Assembly: GCF_052425735.1 (NCBI RefSeq)
Contig: NC_135763.1
Location: forward strand, 14,818,001-14,882,000
DNA: 64,000 bases
DNA from: Oculina patagonica
Taxonomy: Eukaryota
Direction of reading: 5' to 3'
The notes beneath the pieces were generated by a model. That model had not been told where the DNA came from. It searched no databases and worked only from the letters and a program-made list of their open reading frames with translations. Below, piece by piece: positions 1 through 13,160 of the stretch. Within the stretch, counting starts at the first letter, position 1, and every line of letters begins with the position of its first letter. The position numbers and the translations under genes were made by a program.

Positions 1-86
1 CGCAGCATGCAGAGACATATATGACGAGAAAATGCATTTGATGATTTGCATGCTTCGAATTCAACTCTTTCAGTGCTATTCGCCAT
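1..86 (-). CDS. Possible 5' start of a gene running off the window edge (MANSTERVEFEACKSSNAFSRHICLCML...), perhaps a class A GPCR-like N-terminus
   Basis: ATG in good context (AGAAATGG) at 86, open to the window edge, with an N-S-T sequon. Too short to confirm. Confidence 0.2.
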   Translation of the reverse strand, partial: MANSTERVEFEACKSSNAFSRHICLCML

Positions 87-654
87 TTCTTGTGCTTTGT
101 TGCCAAATTTGATAAACTGTTCCACTAATTGCAGTGTTTTAGTTACAAAACCTCATAATGTTTTCAGCTTTCACTGTGCTTTCTTGCTCCCGCGATCGGT
201 TCTGTTTTCTTTCTTTTTCCTTTCTTTTTCGTATTCCTTCCTCCCCTTTGTCTCCTTTCTTTCTTCGAGAATCCTTATTAACTCTGCGGTATCGGCAAGA
301 AAAGTTAACTATAATGCCTATACTTTTAAAACCCCGATCAATGATGGGCATATCTGCCTAATTTGTCGCTAAGGGAACTCTGACAGATCCATATCAATCA
401 ATTTTCCACCAACAATCTTTACTTTTTCCCTTATTAAGTTCGGCCTGAATTTAGCCAACACTCAAAAATTGAGCCACGTGTGGACAGGTCAACCTTTAGT
501 GTGACGGTTGTTTACCTAAGTACCGTAATGATTCGACTCTCCAATAAGCGCCCATCGCTTGAGTTACATAAAGTAAACAAGCGCACCGGGTCCTAAATCC
601 AATGATTACGGTAATCAAATGTTGACAAACGTTGACTTAATCACCCATTGTTAA

Positions 655-1105
655 GGTCATTACCCTGTATTGCATTGCGCATCCTTACTGCGCAGAATTT
701 TACGTGTATTTAGGCGCGCGCGCGCGCGAACATCAACAAAATGGCGACTTTTTTCTGTGTGGCTTAGTCCGCGAGAGAAGTAAATTGTCACTTTCTCCTA
801 AACGAGTCTGGTGACCTATCAATTTTTTCTCATATTTTTGGTGTAGCGATCAAATTCTTTCTGTAAAATGAAAACAGATCAATTCATGTGTTTGAAAAAT
901 AAATTATCGCTAAAAAAGTGTACTTTGCCAGTACTCGCAGAGGAATTATAAAGGAATTATATGGAATATACATGGTCTTCCTGCTCCTAAACGAATCTGG
1001 TGACCCCCCTTTTTTATTTCAAAATTTAAGTTCCCTCAAAGTAATAAACCAGTAGGCGAAGTTTGGTTAAAAAATTGTGTTCAGTTCTATTTCAGGGCAA
1101 TGACC
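655..1105. mobile_element. Non-autonomous TIR element (Kolobok-like MITE)
   Basis: TIRs GGTCATTACCCTG / CAGGGCAATGACC, flanked by TTAA at 651-654 and 1106-1109. Confidence 0.7.
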
Positions 1106-3106
1106 TTAAAAGAAGCCACGTCACGTCGAATTTCACGGGTTTTTGGTCAAAACTATTCTAAAACTGGTGGTAGGCAACTTAACCCATGAAAAGCATTATC
1201 TTTGAACATCTAATGGTATATATAACCTTAATTTGCAGAGGGAAATTAAACCACGGATAAAAATTATGTCGATTTTTTTTAAGATGCGCAGAAACAACTT
1301 GAAAAGATTAGCCTCAATTTTTCAAGTTGTAATCCATTTCTATCCTTACCATCCACAGCTTAAGACGCTTGTTAAATGTTGCAATACAGCAATTGTTAAT
1401 ATATGGAGCATTATTGTTAGGTTTCCTCCGACACAAATATAAATTTTGGCTGTTCAAAAATCTGTGATAATCCGCGACAAAGCCCCTTAAATAACTCTTC
1501 TGGTCCCAGGCTCAAAGTGTCATTTCGCCTTACGGACTGGCGTACATTTTCATCAATTTTAGTTCAGAAAATTTGGTGTTTCATCAATTAGATACTCCTT
1601 TTGTGATCTTGATTGCTTTATCTGCGAAACCTGTCGTCTAGACAGTGAATTTTATATTGCGAGTAGAAATTGAATATGGGGTCACATTTAATTGGTGTTC
1701 AGTCAAGGTGATCACACTTGGAGTCTTCGTTAGTTCCAACTTTATTTGCAGATTATGTGAAACCGCGGCCTAAAATCTTCCTGAGATCGCTAGCTAGTCA
1801 GGATCTTCCGCAAACCGGGAGACTCGTGGGTTTAAAAACCTACAGTACATAACTTCTGACTGGTCATTAGAGGAACACGTATGCGGAAAAATGTAAACTT
1901 CAACATGTTCAACCGAACCTGTATCTTCAAAGAAAAGAATGTGTAATTTATTAAACACGACTGACACCTTGCGCGAATGTTAATATATAGACAAAATGTT
2001 CAAAGAATAGCTCTGTAAAGTAAACGATTCAGAATTTACAACTAAGTGGAGACGCCTGTGGGAAACAATACAGAAGTAAAGCACCACGTTGTACGGCAGA
2101 GTGCTGTTGTTCTAACTGTTAACTTTCTTTCAGAAAATTGATCTGTTGGGAGGAACATTGTCAGTCATGAGCCGGTAAAAGAAACAGAGCAAAAGTACCT
2201 CAAATGTCGCTCTATAAAATCCTAGTTGAATCGAAAACGGAATAGTTCTTGTGCTAATTGCAAAGCTGTAACTAAACATGTACTTGAATGAACCACCTGG
2301 TGATATATTCGTAACACTTGACACTAGTGTTATTAGAAACAGTGGCTTAACATTACAATAAGCATGCAGCCATCCCGAATAAAAAGTATAAGCTGAGCTA
2401 TCTTAAAATTTTGTAGTCAGCGTACAGCCGTCTTCTGTGCGCAGGCTAGAAATCCTGACGACGGCTGATGCAAATGGACTTAACTGGCTCGAAACTGGCG
2501 TTAATACGATTCAAAAACCTCTTCTTCTTTTCGGCCTGAATGAGTCAATGTGTTTTTTAGAAAAGCCTAATGATATCATAAGGCCTTCGAAGAAAATTGT
2601 CTACATGTACATCCTTAAAAGAATAAAGTTGTTTGTGTTTGTATCGATATCTTATGGTAAGTTTCTACCTTTGTTAATGACCAGTGCGGTCTGCGGTTAG
2701 TATCTCAAAATGTCTTCGTGATAGTTGCCCCATTTCATTATTATTTCTATTTATTATTTATCTTTCCTTCTTCCTTTGTACGCGTATTAAAAGGCTGTAA
2801 AGCAAGATCCTTCCTTTTAGTTTACGAAACACTGTTTAAAGCAAACCATCACTACGAAAAGTCCGGAAAATGTGAACCTTTAAGGAAGCATGACAAAAGG
2901 AAACATGAAAATTTGACAATTGAGATGCCAAAAACAAATGAATAACAACCAATAGATATCTAGCGTGATTTAAATGGAAGGAAATGTTCCAGCGATGACT
3001 AATTACACTATGACTAACACGTATTCATATCACGCGACGCGAACAAAAAGAATAAACGTTCGGTCTTTAGGGCTCTTTTTGCTTAGTAGTGCGATCGTAA
3101 GTTTAC

Positions 3107-3228
3107 CTGGCCCCGGTTGTTTAAAGGACGGATGACACTATTCACCGGATCTACTATCCAGTGGATAGCGTAGTATGTTTTGTCAGCTTATCCATGGATA
3201 GTGATTTATCCACGGAATAGCGTTATCC
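3107..3228. mobile_element. Fragment of an abundant palindromic MITE (ggccccggttgtt...ctatccagtggatag family)
   Basis: Same motifs as the copy at 29200-30710 (ctatccagtggata, gtgatttatcc...atagcgttat). Confidence 0.55.
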
Positions 3229-6200
3229 TTAAGTACCAACAATCAAGAAAAGCTAATTCTAAAACGACAATACGTGTTCTTCCTACCTGCTAGGTTGAAG
3301 GCAGCTCTTCTACGTAAGCTTTTCAATCCTTCCACTGAATTATTCTACGTGAACGCGTCACGGTACGATTCGTGGCCTCAGCTCAGCAACACTGACTGAA
3401 ATAGAAGGTGATCAGACAGTCGTTATAGGTAATTTACTTTGTCGATAATTGATCTGCACTTGTTGTTGAGTGACAACTTTGCTTTCTCGCCTGAAGGGGC
3501 GGTATGTTTATCAGATGCAAAACAATAACAACCCTTTGCAACTCACGTCATTGCAAATATCTGAATGCCTCCCTGGTCAATTCTTAATGTTTTTATCGAA
3601 AAGATGCCATCACTGATATGATAAAATCCTACAGTGTTTAAGACAGTGTGATTTGTGAAGTGAAATTCCACTGATGATACTGATTAGTTGAGCTGAGTTC
3701 TTCACCACTGTAGCCCGGGAGTAGCCGGATGTGCGAAGCCGGAATATTTTCTGCTTATGTAATAGGTGTAATTATGGCGATTTTGGTATTTTTGCCGGTA
3801 TTTTGGAGTGGTGAGTGGTCGTCTAACGTTTTTTGGGGGGTGGTTTAACATATACATCTTGTTAGAGCTGGTCACCCTGCGAAGACAGAGTTCGTGAATC
3901 TCTGTCTCGCAGGGAAGTTAGAGGTGTGACGAGGGGAGCTTTGAGGGATTTGAATATCGAATAAGTTGAGCCATGAAATCCCTTGATGCCTTTTTTTTTC
4001 TTTTCTTTTTGTTTTTACTTGTAACATCAGTTTGCATCTTGAATAAAGAATGTATGTTTTGTTATGTTATGTTCTGGGCATTTCTGAAACTCTTGATTTT
4101 TTTAACCTCCCGATAACTCGAATCAAAAGTCGTTTCCTTTCCCTCAGTAGAAGAGGGACTGAATGGGGTTTAGTTTACATTGGCCAATTTTTTAATGTTT
4201 ACTGTTTTCGGAGAAAACACTGTTTAGTGTTTGGAGGTTTTTTCATGAAAAATTTTAGCATTGTAAGTTCTTATTTGCTCTTAAAAAATCGGGTTAAATC
4301 ACACATGAACTTAGAGAAAATTTCGGATTTCTTCTCGGAAATCTTCGGTAGTCTTGGGACATCTTCGATAGCCTCCGGACATCTTCGGCAGTCTTCGGGA
4401 ACGTTTCATAGTCTTCGGAAATCTTCCCAACTGATCGGAAATCGTCGGAAAATGGCCGAAAACTTCTTCATATACTAAACAAAATAACATTGGCCTTTTG
4501 GAGCAATTTTGTTTCTTTTTGAAGAAGATTTACTGTTACAGTCAATTTTTGAGTCTAATGCTTGCGTGCGCTTTGCGCATGCGCATTAGACTCTTTGTTA
4601 TATGAAAAAAGCTGTTAGCAATCCCAAGGGAATGGTTCGGGATCGATAATCGTTCGCTGTAATGTAGAAAACAATGATCAGCTGCAAGAACGGACTCCGT
4701 ACGGACACGCACGATTAGTTTCAATTAAAAACAGCCAATCAGCGACACGTGTTCCCACGCATAATTAAAAGTTCTTTCTCAAGTCACGATTATTCAACAC
4801 TTGAACAGGACGTAATAATTTTCCAGTTAAGACATTTGTAAGCTTTTTGTGAAAATAAATCTTCGTTTTCAGTTCAGTTAAGCACTTGTGTTTTCGTCTT
4901 GCTTAAAAAGCAAGACGTCTTTGAGAAAAAATATTTCGACGGCGACTCGCGTTTATTTACACAATGCGACCAAATATTTATTTTGTTTTAAAAAATAGAA
5001 AACTTTACCTCGTATTTTGTATTTAAGTCATTCGAATTTTGACCAATTTTTTCTTTACAGTGCAAACAAAAACCTTCAAAAATAAAAGATGTACATGGAT
5101 AAATGTGAATCAAGTTACGCGACTAAATCAAAATGCGTTTGTTTGGCCGCTTTGCAGTATTACACTGTCCCGGCCTTTGCCATACACTGAAATCGAATTT
5201 CATGCTTTTACGACTCTCAGAGATCTTAAGTTCTTCTTACAGCTAGAAAAAATCATAAAATGGTTACATTGATATGGAAGTGATGATTCGGGAAATTTGT
5301 ACATCATGATAAACAGTCTTCGCTCCTGTGTATGGTAGCTCGATAATAATTGCCTAGTTTCCAGCGTTCAAAAGGTCATCATTATATTGACGTGAGCATT
5401 TACACCCGTTTTTAGGAAAATCTGTCACTAAGTGCTTACAGTACAATGGAGTAACAGTCACTATTTCAAGTGCTTTTATTGCAAAATCTGTTTCAAGAGT
5501 CATCATCAAAATGGTGAAAAATCTGAAAGAAAACGATGTGAAGTTCTTCAACCCTTGTTGTAATGAACATGCTTTTTGTAAATCGTCACGCAATCTTGTC
5601 CAAATGTTTAATCGTTTCTGCTTTTACGGACAATACGGAAGAAGTAACATCAACTCCTGTTCATACTTTAAATTTTGTGAAGCATATAACATTTATGACT
5701 GTTTCGTTTTCATCCATAATCATCCACGATGCCCCTAGCTTGCTATAAGCATTTTAAATTAAACTCCCGAACACAAACCTCTAACCAATTTTAACCGGCT
5801 TACGAAAACCGCGCAATCTGTATCACTATGCCATACGGCATTAGACTCATGTCACCCTTGGTGACCTATTTTTTACTGTTAATTTTTTTTTAATGTTTTT
5901 TTTTTTTTATTTTTTTTTTTTAATGTTAAACTGCCTTAAATTTTACTGTTTCATGTTACAGAGCCCTGGGACTAATATTGTGGGCTACAGCAGCAGCTGT
6001 GGCCAAAAATAGGGACAGATGGCGAGCATTGATGTCCGGCCCTATCCCCCACCAGGGGGCAAGGAACTAAGATGTTACAGAGCCACAAAATTAAGTGTTA
6101 TCGAGGTACCCCCATTCAGACCCTCGTAGAACACTGTAACTTTACCCCGAATTTCTTGAACTACCCTTGGAGGTTCGAAAATCAGGATTGGATGTATTTT

Positions 6201-6467
6201 CATCGTATGTCCAACTTGGGCACCGAGTTAACCAACATTGAACATTGCTTATGAATTCATTTCCATAGGTAGAAAAGCAATTCGCCATGTCCCTCTGCTA
6301 ATAGCTTTATACCAATCTGTCCTGTGTGGTTTATTTTCCTGTATAAAATCCAATTAACCCGCATTCAACTGAGCTCATTTTTGCGTTGTTTATGTAGTGG
6401 ATAACCCAATTGACATAATCCGTCCGACTGGCCAAAACACAGCCAATACTGTTAAACAATAGGATTA

Positions 6468-7030
6468 CAGTGAAATCCAGATTTCTCGAACCTCCGCCTA
6501 ACTCGTGACTAACGCGAAACAAAATTCGTTTCCCTTGGATTTTCTTTACACTGAGGTTGACTAGCAATAGAGTTATTTCAGTATAGTTATGACTTAGAGT
6601 TAGAGTTAACAATTGCCAAAATCCTGAATTCAATATTTTGGAAAGCCAAAATCCTGAATTCGAGATTTTGGAATGCCGAAATCTTGAATTCAAGATTTTA
6701 GAAGGGCCAAAATCCTGAATTCAAAATTTTGGAAGGGCCAAAATCCTGAATTCAAGATTTTGGAATGCCAAAATCCTGAATTCACGATTTTGGAAAGGTT
6801 AAAATCCCGAATTCAAGATATTGGAATGCCAATCCGAATCAAGATTTTGGAATGAAAATCCTGAATTCAAGATTTTTGAAAGGCCAAAATCTTGAATTCA
6901 AGATTTTGGCTTAACTCTAACTCCAGACTATAACTCTATGAAGATAACTCTAACAGTAGCCGTCCCCCTTCACATTGTGTTTGAACCACTTTTCTTTTCC
7001 CTTGCATGTTTGAGAAATCGGGATTCCACT
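6468..7030. mobile_element. Tc1/mariner-pogo-type MITE interrupted by a palindrome-array element
   Basis: TA|CAGTGAAATCCAGATTTCTCGAAC at left; GTTTGAGAAATCGGGATTCCACT at right. Confidence 0.55.
6568..6952. repeat. TIR-bounded array of ten ~30-bp units, each a ~26-bp palindrome CCAAAATC(C/T)TGAATTCAAGATTTTGG
   Basis: Units counted from 6615 to 6910; imperfect ~42-bp inverted termini at 6568-6608 and 6911-6952. Confidence 0.85.
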
Positions 7031-7792
7031 CCCGGGAGGGGGAGGGGGAGGTACTTGACCAATGTTTGGACTCAGGACAAAGAAAAGCGTTCGCACTTTC
7101 AATTCTTGCCATTAACGCTGATCACAAGAAAACAATCCCAAAATTTCGGTGAACCTCAGGCCTGAAAATAATCCAAGATGAACGTCTCCGTTTTGGGACT
7201 GCTAAATACTCGACGACAGTCTTTCATCCATACCCTGTCAAGGACGGGTACAGACCCTGATTAGGACAGAAAGACTCGCTTGGAATTATATACCCTGTTC
7301 AGGGCAGAGGGGCCAAAAACCATACCCTGTTCAAAGGCACGTCCCCATAAAGGTGAGTACCGCCCAGATTCCGCTGCACCAGCTGAAATATTTAGTCCAC
7401 AAAGGTGTTCATCCGTCTTTTGAGTGAGAAAATAAGGAGACAACTGGGGACAAAGTTTATTCAAATGTGTTATAATGTTGGTATTTTTAACTGTCGTTTG
7501 AGCCTTCTCTCTTTTTCCGTTAATGGTAATCATGACAGCAAGAAATTGCTCAAAAAAATTTGTTGACATTTTCTTGGCAGATCTGACAGACCGGTATAAA
7601 GCTAGCTGCAATTATAATCCAATATATTACTAGGCTGTCGCAAGACAAAAAGGCAGCCCTAAGCCATTTAAACAGCACATATCCGTTTAATAAAGGGCTA
7701 TTCTTTCGCTTGGCCATCAATCTTGGCAGCCGTCGAAAGCTACTCGACTGTTCAATATTTATGCAAATGTTTACGTGACTCTAGCACTTTAA

Positions 7793-8163
7793 GGTGGCTC
7801 GCGGGTAGTTATTCCGAGTGCACTCGGAAAAACAAACTTTAGGTTATAACGTTTTCGGGAACTTTAACGCCATTGCTTACATTTTAAAACCTAATGATAA
7901 AAAAATATATATATCCGCATATTTTTACTGGATGCGAATTTGTTCAAAAAGGTGGGGTCCAGTTTTAATAAAATCCAATAACATTAAAAATGTTTTACTC
8001 CGTAGTTAAATCGAATCAATTTCAATATATCTACTGAATGGCACCTGAATGATAGGCGAACGTTTTCTTTGAGTTTTATATTCATCGTGTCAGAGCCGAA
8101 AACGTTATGACCGCGAAAATTTGTCATAGACCGAGTGCAGCCCGAAATGAGTACGAAGCCACC
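7793..8163. mobile_element. Kolobok-like MITE
   Basis: TTAA|GGTGGCT ... AGCCACC|TTAA; internal ccgagtgca motifs. Confidence 0.6.
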
Positions 8164-8344
8164 TTAATTCTTAACTTTAAAAAGATCGTGTATATACATC
8201 AAATGTTAGGAGTCAATAAAGTGGGATAGTATTTTGAAGAAGACAGCAATTGAGATAAAACTAGTCACGAATGGGTGATATAGAGTGTTGAACAAACGAG
8301 CAGGAGTGCTTTATCAAGTTTAAAACACGAGGCGCAGCCGAGCG

Positions 8345-8660
8345 TTTAAGACTTGATAAAGGACGAACTGCGACGAGTTTATTGAACGGCTTAAAAAACC
8401 TCTGATGTAGATCTTTTTATTCTTGCACTGATATTTCGATTTTTGGTTACTTTGGCCAAGAAAATAGGACATAAAATTTAGCCGTGTCTTTAGATCTGAT
8501 AAAGACCCGCCTCGTGTTTTAGACTTGATAAAGCACGAAATGCGATTTTATTGAACGGCTTCAAAAGCCTCTGATGTATATCTTTTCATGCTTGCACTGA
8601 TATTTCGATTTTTGGTTACTTTGGCCAAGAAAATAGGACATAAAATTTAGCATTGTCTTT
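8345..8660. repeat. Direct duplication of ~145 bp (period ~173 bp)
   Basis: agacttgataaa...ttattgaacggctt...ggccaagaaaataggacataaaatttagc occurs twice. Confidence 0.85.
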
Positions 8661-10943
8661 ATCAGATATAAAGACACTCATTAAACATTAATTTCCTTTG
8701 TATATTCTTAATGAATTGTTGATGAGTTTTTGAAGCACGTTGAACTGAGATCGTTGATTTTTGATCTTTGAGCGGCTTTAAAAGCATAGAATTTTTATGA
8801 AGATCGTTGTCGGGGCTATATATTAACAATTAGCAACATTCTTAAATTCACTCGATCGTAATGACGGGGTTTTTTACCAGCACATGTACGCTTTTTGGCA
8901 AACAATTCAGTGCAAAGGCAGAACCAGGAGCGAATTTAACGACGCACTAAAATCGAAACTGTAAAAAAGTAAACAGAAATGTACCTTAGGTCTTGCAGAT
9001 GTGGATCTTTAGTGTTCGTCAGGCAACCCTGGGCGAATATTTGACTCTTAACTGCGGCACTTGGATGCTTTCAGAGAAATAAAGCTAAATGTAACCGGAA
9101 ACTAAACGAGCGTTTGCGTTGAACGTTTTAAACCGCACACCCACTCATCGTGCGCAGTTATTTTCCTGTTAGCGTTTTTGTAATTGGTCCACAACAGGTG
9201 TTTTAAATTGCTTGTGTTGATGAAAGGTGACAGCAAATATCCGTTCTTGTCAATGGTATTGATTTACGGGAAACTCTGCTCATTTATTGGTAGCTTGTTT
9301 GTCAGAACTCACATTTACCTTATAATGGGAATATAACGAAGCATTTTAACAACGCGAACAAAATTCACGCGTAATAAAATTAACGCGAATTTAAGAAAAG
9401 GTCTGGTTAAATGCTTATCGTAAACGTGTTTATATTAATTAACATCAATAAAATTAACGCGAATTTTTGAAATTCGCGTTAATAACATGTATCGTTAATT
9501 AAACGTTTTGGTGAGCAGCCTTTTGTTCACTGATGAAAGGCAAAGCCCTGAACGTTTGGAACTGAATTTAAATTTGAACGTGGCACTTTGAATAACACTT
9601 CTCCTCAATTATAAGTATAGCTTTTTGTGCCTACCATCAAGTTCGTGGAATACCGTGAAATCCCGATTTCTAGAAAATAAAATACAAATTATAATACAAC
9701 TTATTAATACAATTTAACTTAGTTAATCACTTCGTCTTAAACGAGCCGAGACAATATTTATATTACCGTATTTTCTCGATTAAACGCCGGGCCCCGAATA
9801 GACGCCGGGTCTCCAAGGTGGAGTGGTAATTAAGCCGTTCAGGCTTTTTTTTGGGGTGTAATATCTTCAGGTAGAATGGCAAAATTCATTCATGTCACAA
9901 ATAATTATTAAAATCCCTTTCTTATTAATATTTTTTTTCCAATAATCTCCCCATTCAAAAAAACCCCCGCTCCACCAACCCGATTTTATATAAACCCGGG
10001 GGGGGTATATTAAAAAAAATATGCGTTGTTTCGCGATATACAAAACTACCTGGAAACGTGGATTATAATAACAATTTACTAATTTACAATTGACACGCAC
10101 ATGTATTTAGCGCTGTGGTGCTAAAGGGATGCACTATCAGAGAAATGTTGCTATATTTTTGTCCAAGCGGTGTTAAATACCTTCGCCCATATGCGCCTAG
10201 AACACCAAAATGAACATATTCAACAAATTGTTTAAGTGCTTTTACCAAGGTACAAGGACAGAATTTGGAAAAGTCTGCCCGACGTTTCAATTTAAAATCA
10301 ACACCTTGTTAGTATAACGAAACAAGACGATTATTTTAAGGTTTCATTGAAATAAAAAAGATGATTTTTAAAAAAAAATCATGCCCAAAACCCTGAGCTT
10401 GATTTACAACTTCGCGATAAATATATTATAATTTCTTTCCAAAAATTCCGAATTCGTAAGTTTAAGGTACAAAAGTGTTTTATTAGCGCCTTTAAGAACG
10501 GAAGTCTCAGTACACATGAACGTCAAAATTTATTAGTACATAAGCATTAATAACCACATCAATAAAAACGCAACTATTTTAACGGAACCAGTTCTAGGTT
10601 TTTTACAGTTTTTTTCCCTCCAATTTAAAACAACGATTGTACATAATTTTCATAATATTACAGCTACCAGATTATTCTAGGAAAAAACGTGCGCATGCTA
10701 GAGCCGCGTGTTACTGTGAGACGTGCTAGAGACTTCTGAGCTTCCGTAAACAGTATAATAAATTATTTAGCGTTTGACCTTTACATTGAAGAACATGAGT
10801 CAGGCACATTCAACTTATAACCAACTGCTTGAAATCGTGTTGTACAATGTGAATGCTCGTTTCGTTGCGACTAGAAGACAGTTTGAAGAGGTTTGTTTAT
10901 CGCGTCTCGTGTCGCTTGTTCGCGACCTTGACTCATTTTTGCC

Positions 10944-11128
10944 TTGCGGGCAAAAAGAAAGACGACAAAGCCTCTCGCCGGAGGGTATTGCACAATAGAA
11001 TTCGGTTTGCATTGTTAAGTGCGGCTTTCTCCAAAAATCGACTTATATCGCCTTTCGCCGGCAAAAAGAAAGACGACAAAGCCGCTCGCCGGAGCGTGTT
11101 GCACAATAGAATTCGGTTTGCATTGTTT
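10944..11128. repeat. Direct repeat of ~73 bp (period ~111 bp)
   Basis: ggcaaaaagaaagacgacaaagcc...gcacaatagaattcggtttgcattgtt occurs twice. Confidence 0.85.
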
Positions 11129-11411
11129 TAACAATGCAATAAGTCTTCCACGTCGAACCCACGAGCATTTTAGCTCATAAATATTAGTAGTGGTTGTATT
11201 GTTTTCTCACTGACTGCTTAACACTTTATAAACTGACAAGAGGAAAGGGTAAAAAACAGCTTACAACCTTACAAGCTTACGATTTCTTAGTCTTAGTGTT
11301 TATCAAAACATTTTAATAGCCAATAAAAATGATTAAATAAACGCAAAATCGAAATAATAACACCAAAAATAATTATAAAAACGGTCTATTGTGGAAGGCG
11401 CGGTGGCCTAA

Positions 11412-11717
11412 AGTCTGGTTCTCATATAATCGTCCCGATCGTTTCTATCGCATCGATCGTTTGCAAATACTGAGACGATCGTAGGCGATCGAAGCGATTG
11501 GAAGCGATCGGGGATTCTCATAGGATCGTCCCGATCGCCTGGTATGAGGGAAGACCTACAAAAACAATCATTTCAGCCCGAGATCCAACATAATGGCAGC
11601 CTTCAATGAAAGAGAAAAACTCGTATTCTTATATCTTCTCAGTTATTGCAGTTTTACGGCGAAGAAACGATCATCAGAGGACAAAAACAATCGGGAAGAT
11701 TATATGAGAACCAGCCT
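11412..11717. mobile_element. PIF/Harbinger-type MITE inserted in the head of a tRNA-derived SINE
   Basis: TIR AG(T/G)CTGGTTCTCATATAATC; TAA TSD at 11409-11411 and 11718-11720. The flanks rejoin to ggcgcggtggcctaa-tggt...gatcgagtggtccgggtt. Confidence 0.75.
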
Positions 11718-12580
11718 TAATGGTGCGCGCGTTGCACCAGATCGAGTGGTCCGGGTTTTAACACTGAACAAAATTGTAAAATGCCTAGAAGCCGATTTCA
11801 AATCGGTATTTAGGCGCTTTCTTGTTAGAAATCAAGAAGGAACTTCATTTTTTCAAAGACTAAAATAACTTCCTTTTTATGGAAGAGTTCCCTTTACACT
11901 TGTAACCTCAAATAATTTTAATCTATCTGCAGTTCGTTGTTCTATGCTGAAAAATGCAGCAATAAAGGCGTTTTATTCAAATTTGTTTAGGTTGTTTAAA
12001 AAAATAGCAAGGCAGCCAAAAGCAATTATTTTTCTTGCAATTTTCTTCTTATTTCCTCTGACATCACATTAGAGAGAGAATAAGGAGTTGGTATTTAAAC
12101 GTAGATGTACTACATATATACAACATTTTTTCAGATATCCTTTCTTGATATCCATCATACATATGGAATCTATTGAAGCAAGTCCTGTAGAGCTCAGTAT
12201 ATACCAATGATGTAACAAAAATTTTACACGAAGGGACTGAACCTAGGAAACGATTTCGCCGCTTTTATCAACTAGCAAAGTCGGTAGAAACCGAGAGCGA
12301 TCGGCATGATCGTTTTAGCATGAATAATACTGAAAGCTAATCGTTTTAACACAGAATATCGATGAAACTGATTTGACGGTTTTTAATACTTTTCACATAC
12401 AATACACTAGCCGGTGACACTAGCAGACATAAGGCGTGGTATGAAATCTTGGCTTCCACTTAAATCTGATTAGAATGAAAGGTTTTTAATCAAGATTTTC
12501 TAAATAATGTAGAGGTTTTTAACTGTATGGATACGGGGCGATGTAAACTTATAAACTTAAAACTTCAATGTGACCTTTCT

Positions 12581-12911
12581 TAGGGGCACCCAACCCAATT
12601 TTACTACAGGTGTTGGAGCACCGTTTTTATATTATACATACATTTATATAAGTGTCCTTTTTGTCCTATTTTTAAACGCTAAGAAAATTGTATCTTTTCA
12701 AACTTCAGAAAATTTTAGGAAACGAAATATTATTAACCGAATTAAAAAGCGGTTGTTGCATTCTCGAAAATCGTAGCTGACCTTTTTTCGTACCCAAAAC
12801 GACATTTTTCTCTCTCCGAAAAAAGCAGGCCATACTTTCCCCATGTCACGAAAGTTTGAGCCAAAGAAATCTCCAGTTTTTCATCACACTCTGGGCTGTT
12901 GGGTGCCCCTG
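12581..12911. mobile_element. MITE with (C/T)AGGGGCACCCAAC TIR and 6-bp TSD, copy 1
   Basis: TSD CTTTCT on both sides; internal sequence homologous to 33715..34103. Confidence 0.8.
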
Positions 12912-13160
12912 CTTTCTGGCGATGAACGGTTTTTTAGTCCTTATTTTAGTATATTTACAGACTCTGCTCAGTCAGTTTAAAATTCGGAAAGTTCTATTTG
13001 CAACTAAGGATGTATTAATATATAAGTTAATAACTACTGTTTAAGACTATCAAGAATCATCTTAAAGTATGAGAAGATTGCTCTATAGTCAAGTCCAATC
13101 AATCCGATCCTTGCTCAAAAATAAAACAGTGCACACCGTATAGTTTTGGGTAACGTTCGA

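Noticed and set aside
5354-5748. Short ORFs possibly from a decayed transposon gene
   Set aside because: No recognisable motif; cannot be supported without a search.
6615-6910. CRISPR-like array of palindromic repeats
   Set aside because: Spacers are only 3-5 nt and not unique, there are no cas genes, and the context is eukaryotic.
9525-9562. Hammerhead-like CTGATGA-AAGGC-AAA-GCCCT-GAAC
   Set aside because: GAAA core and stem II are defective; at best a decayed remnant.
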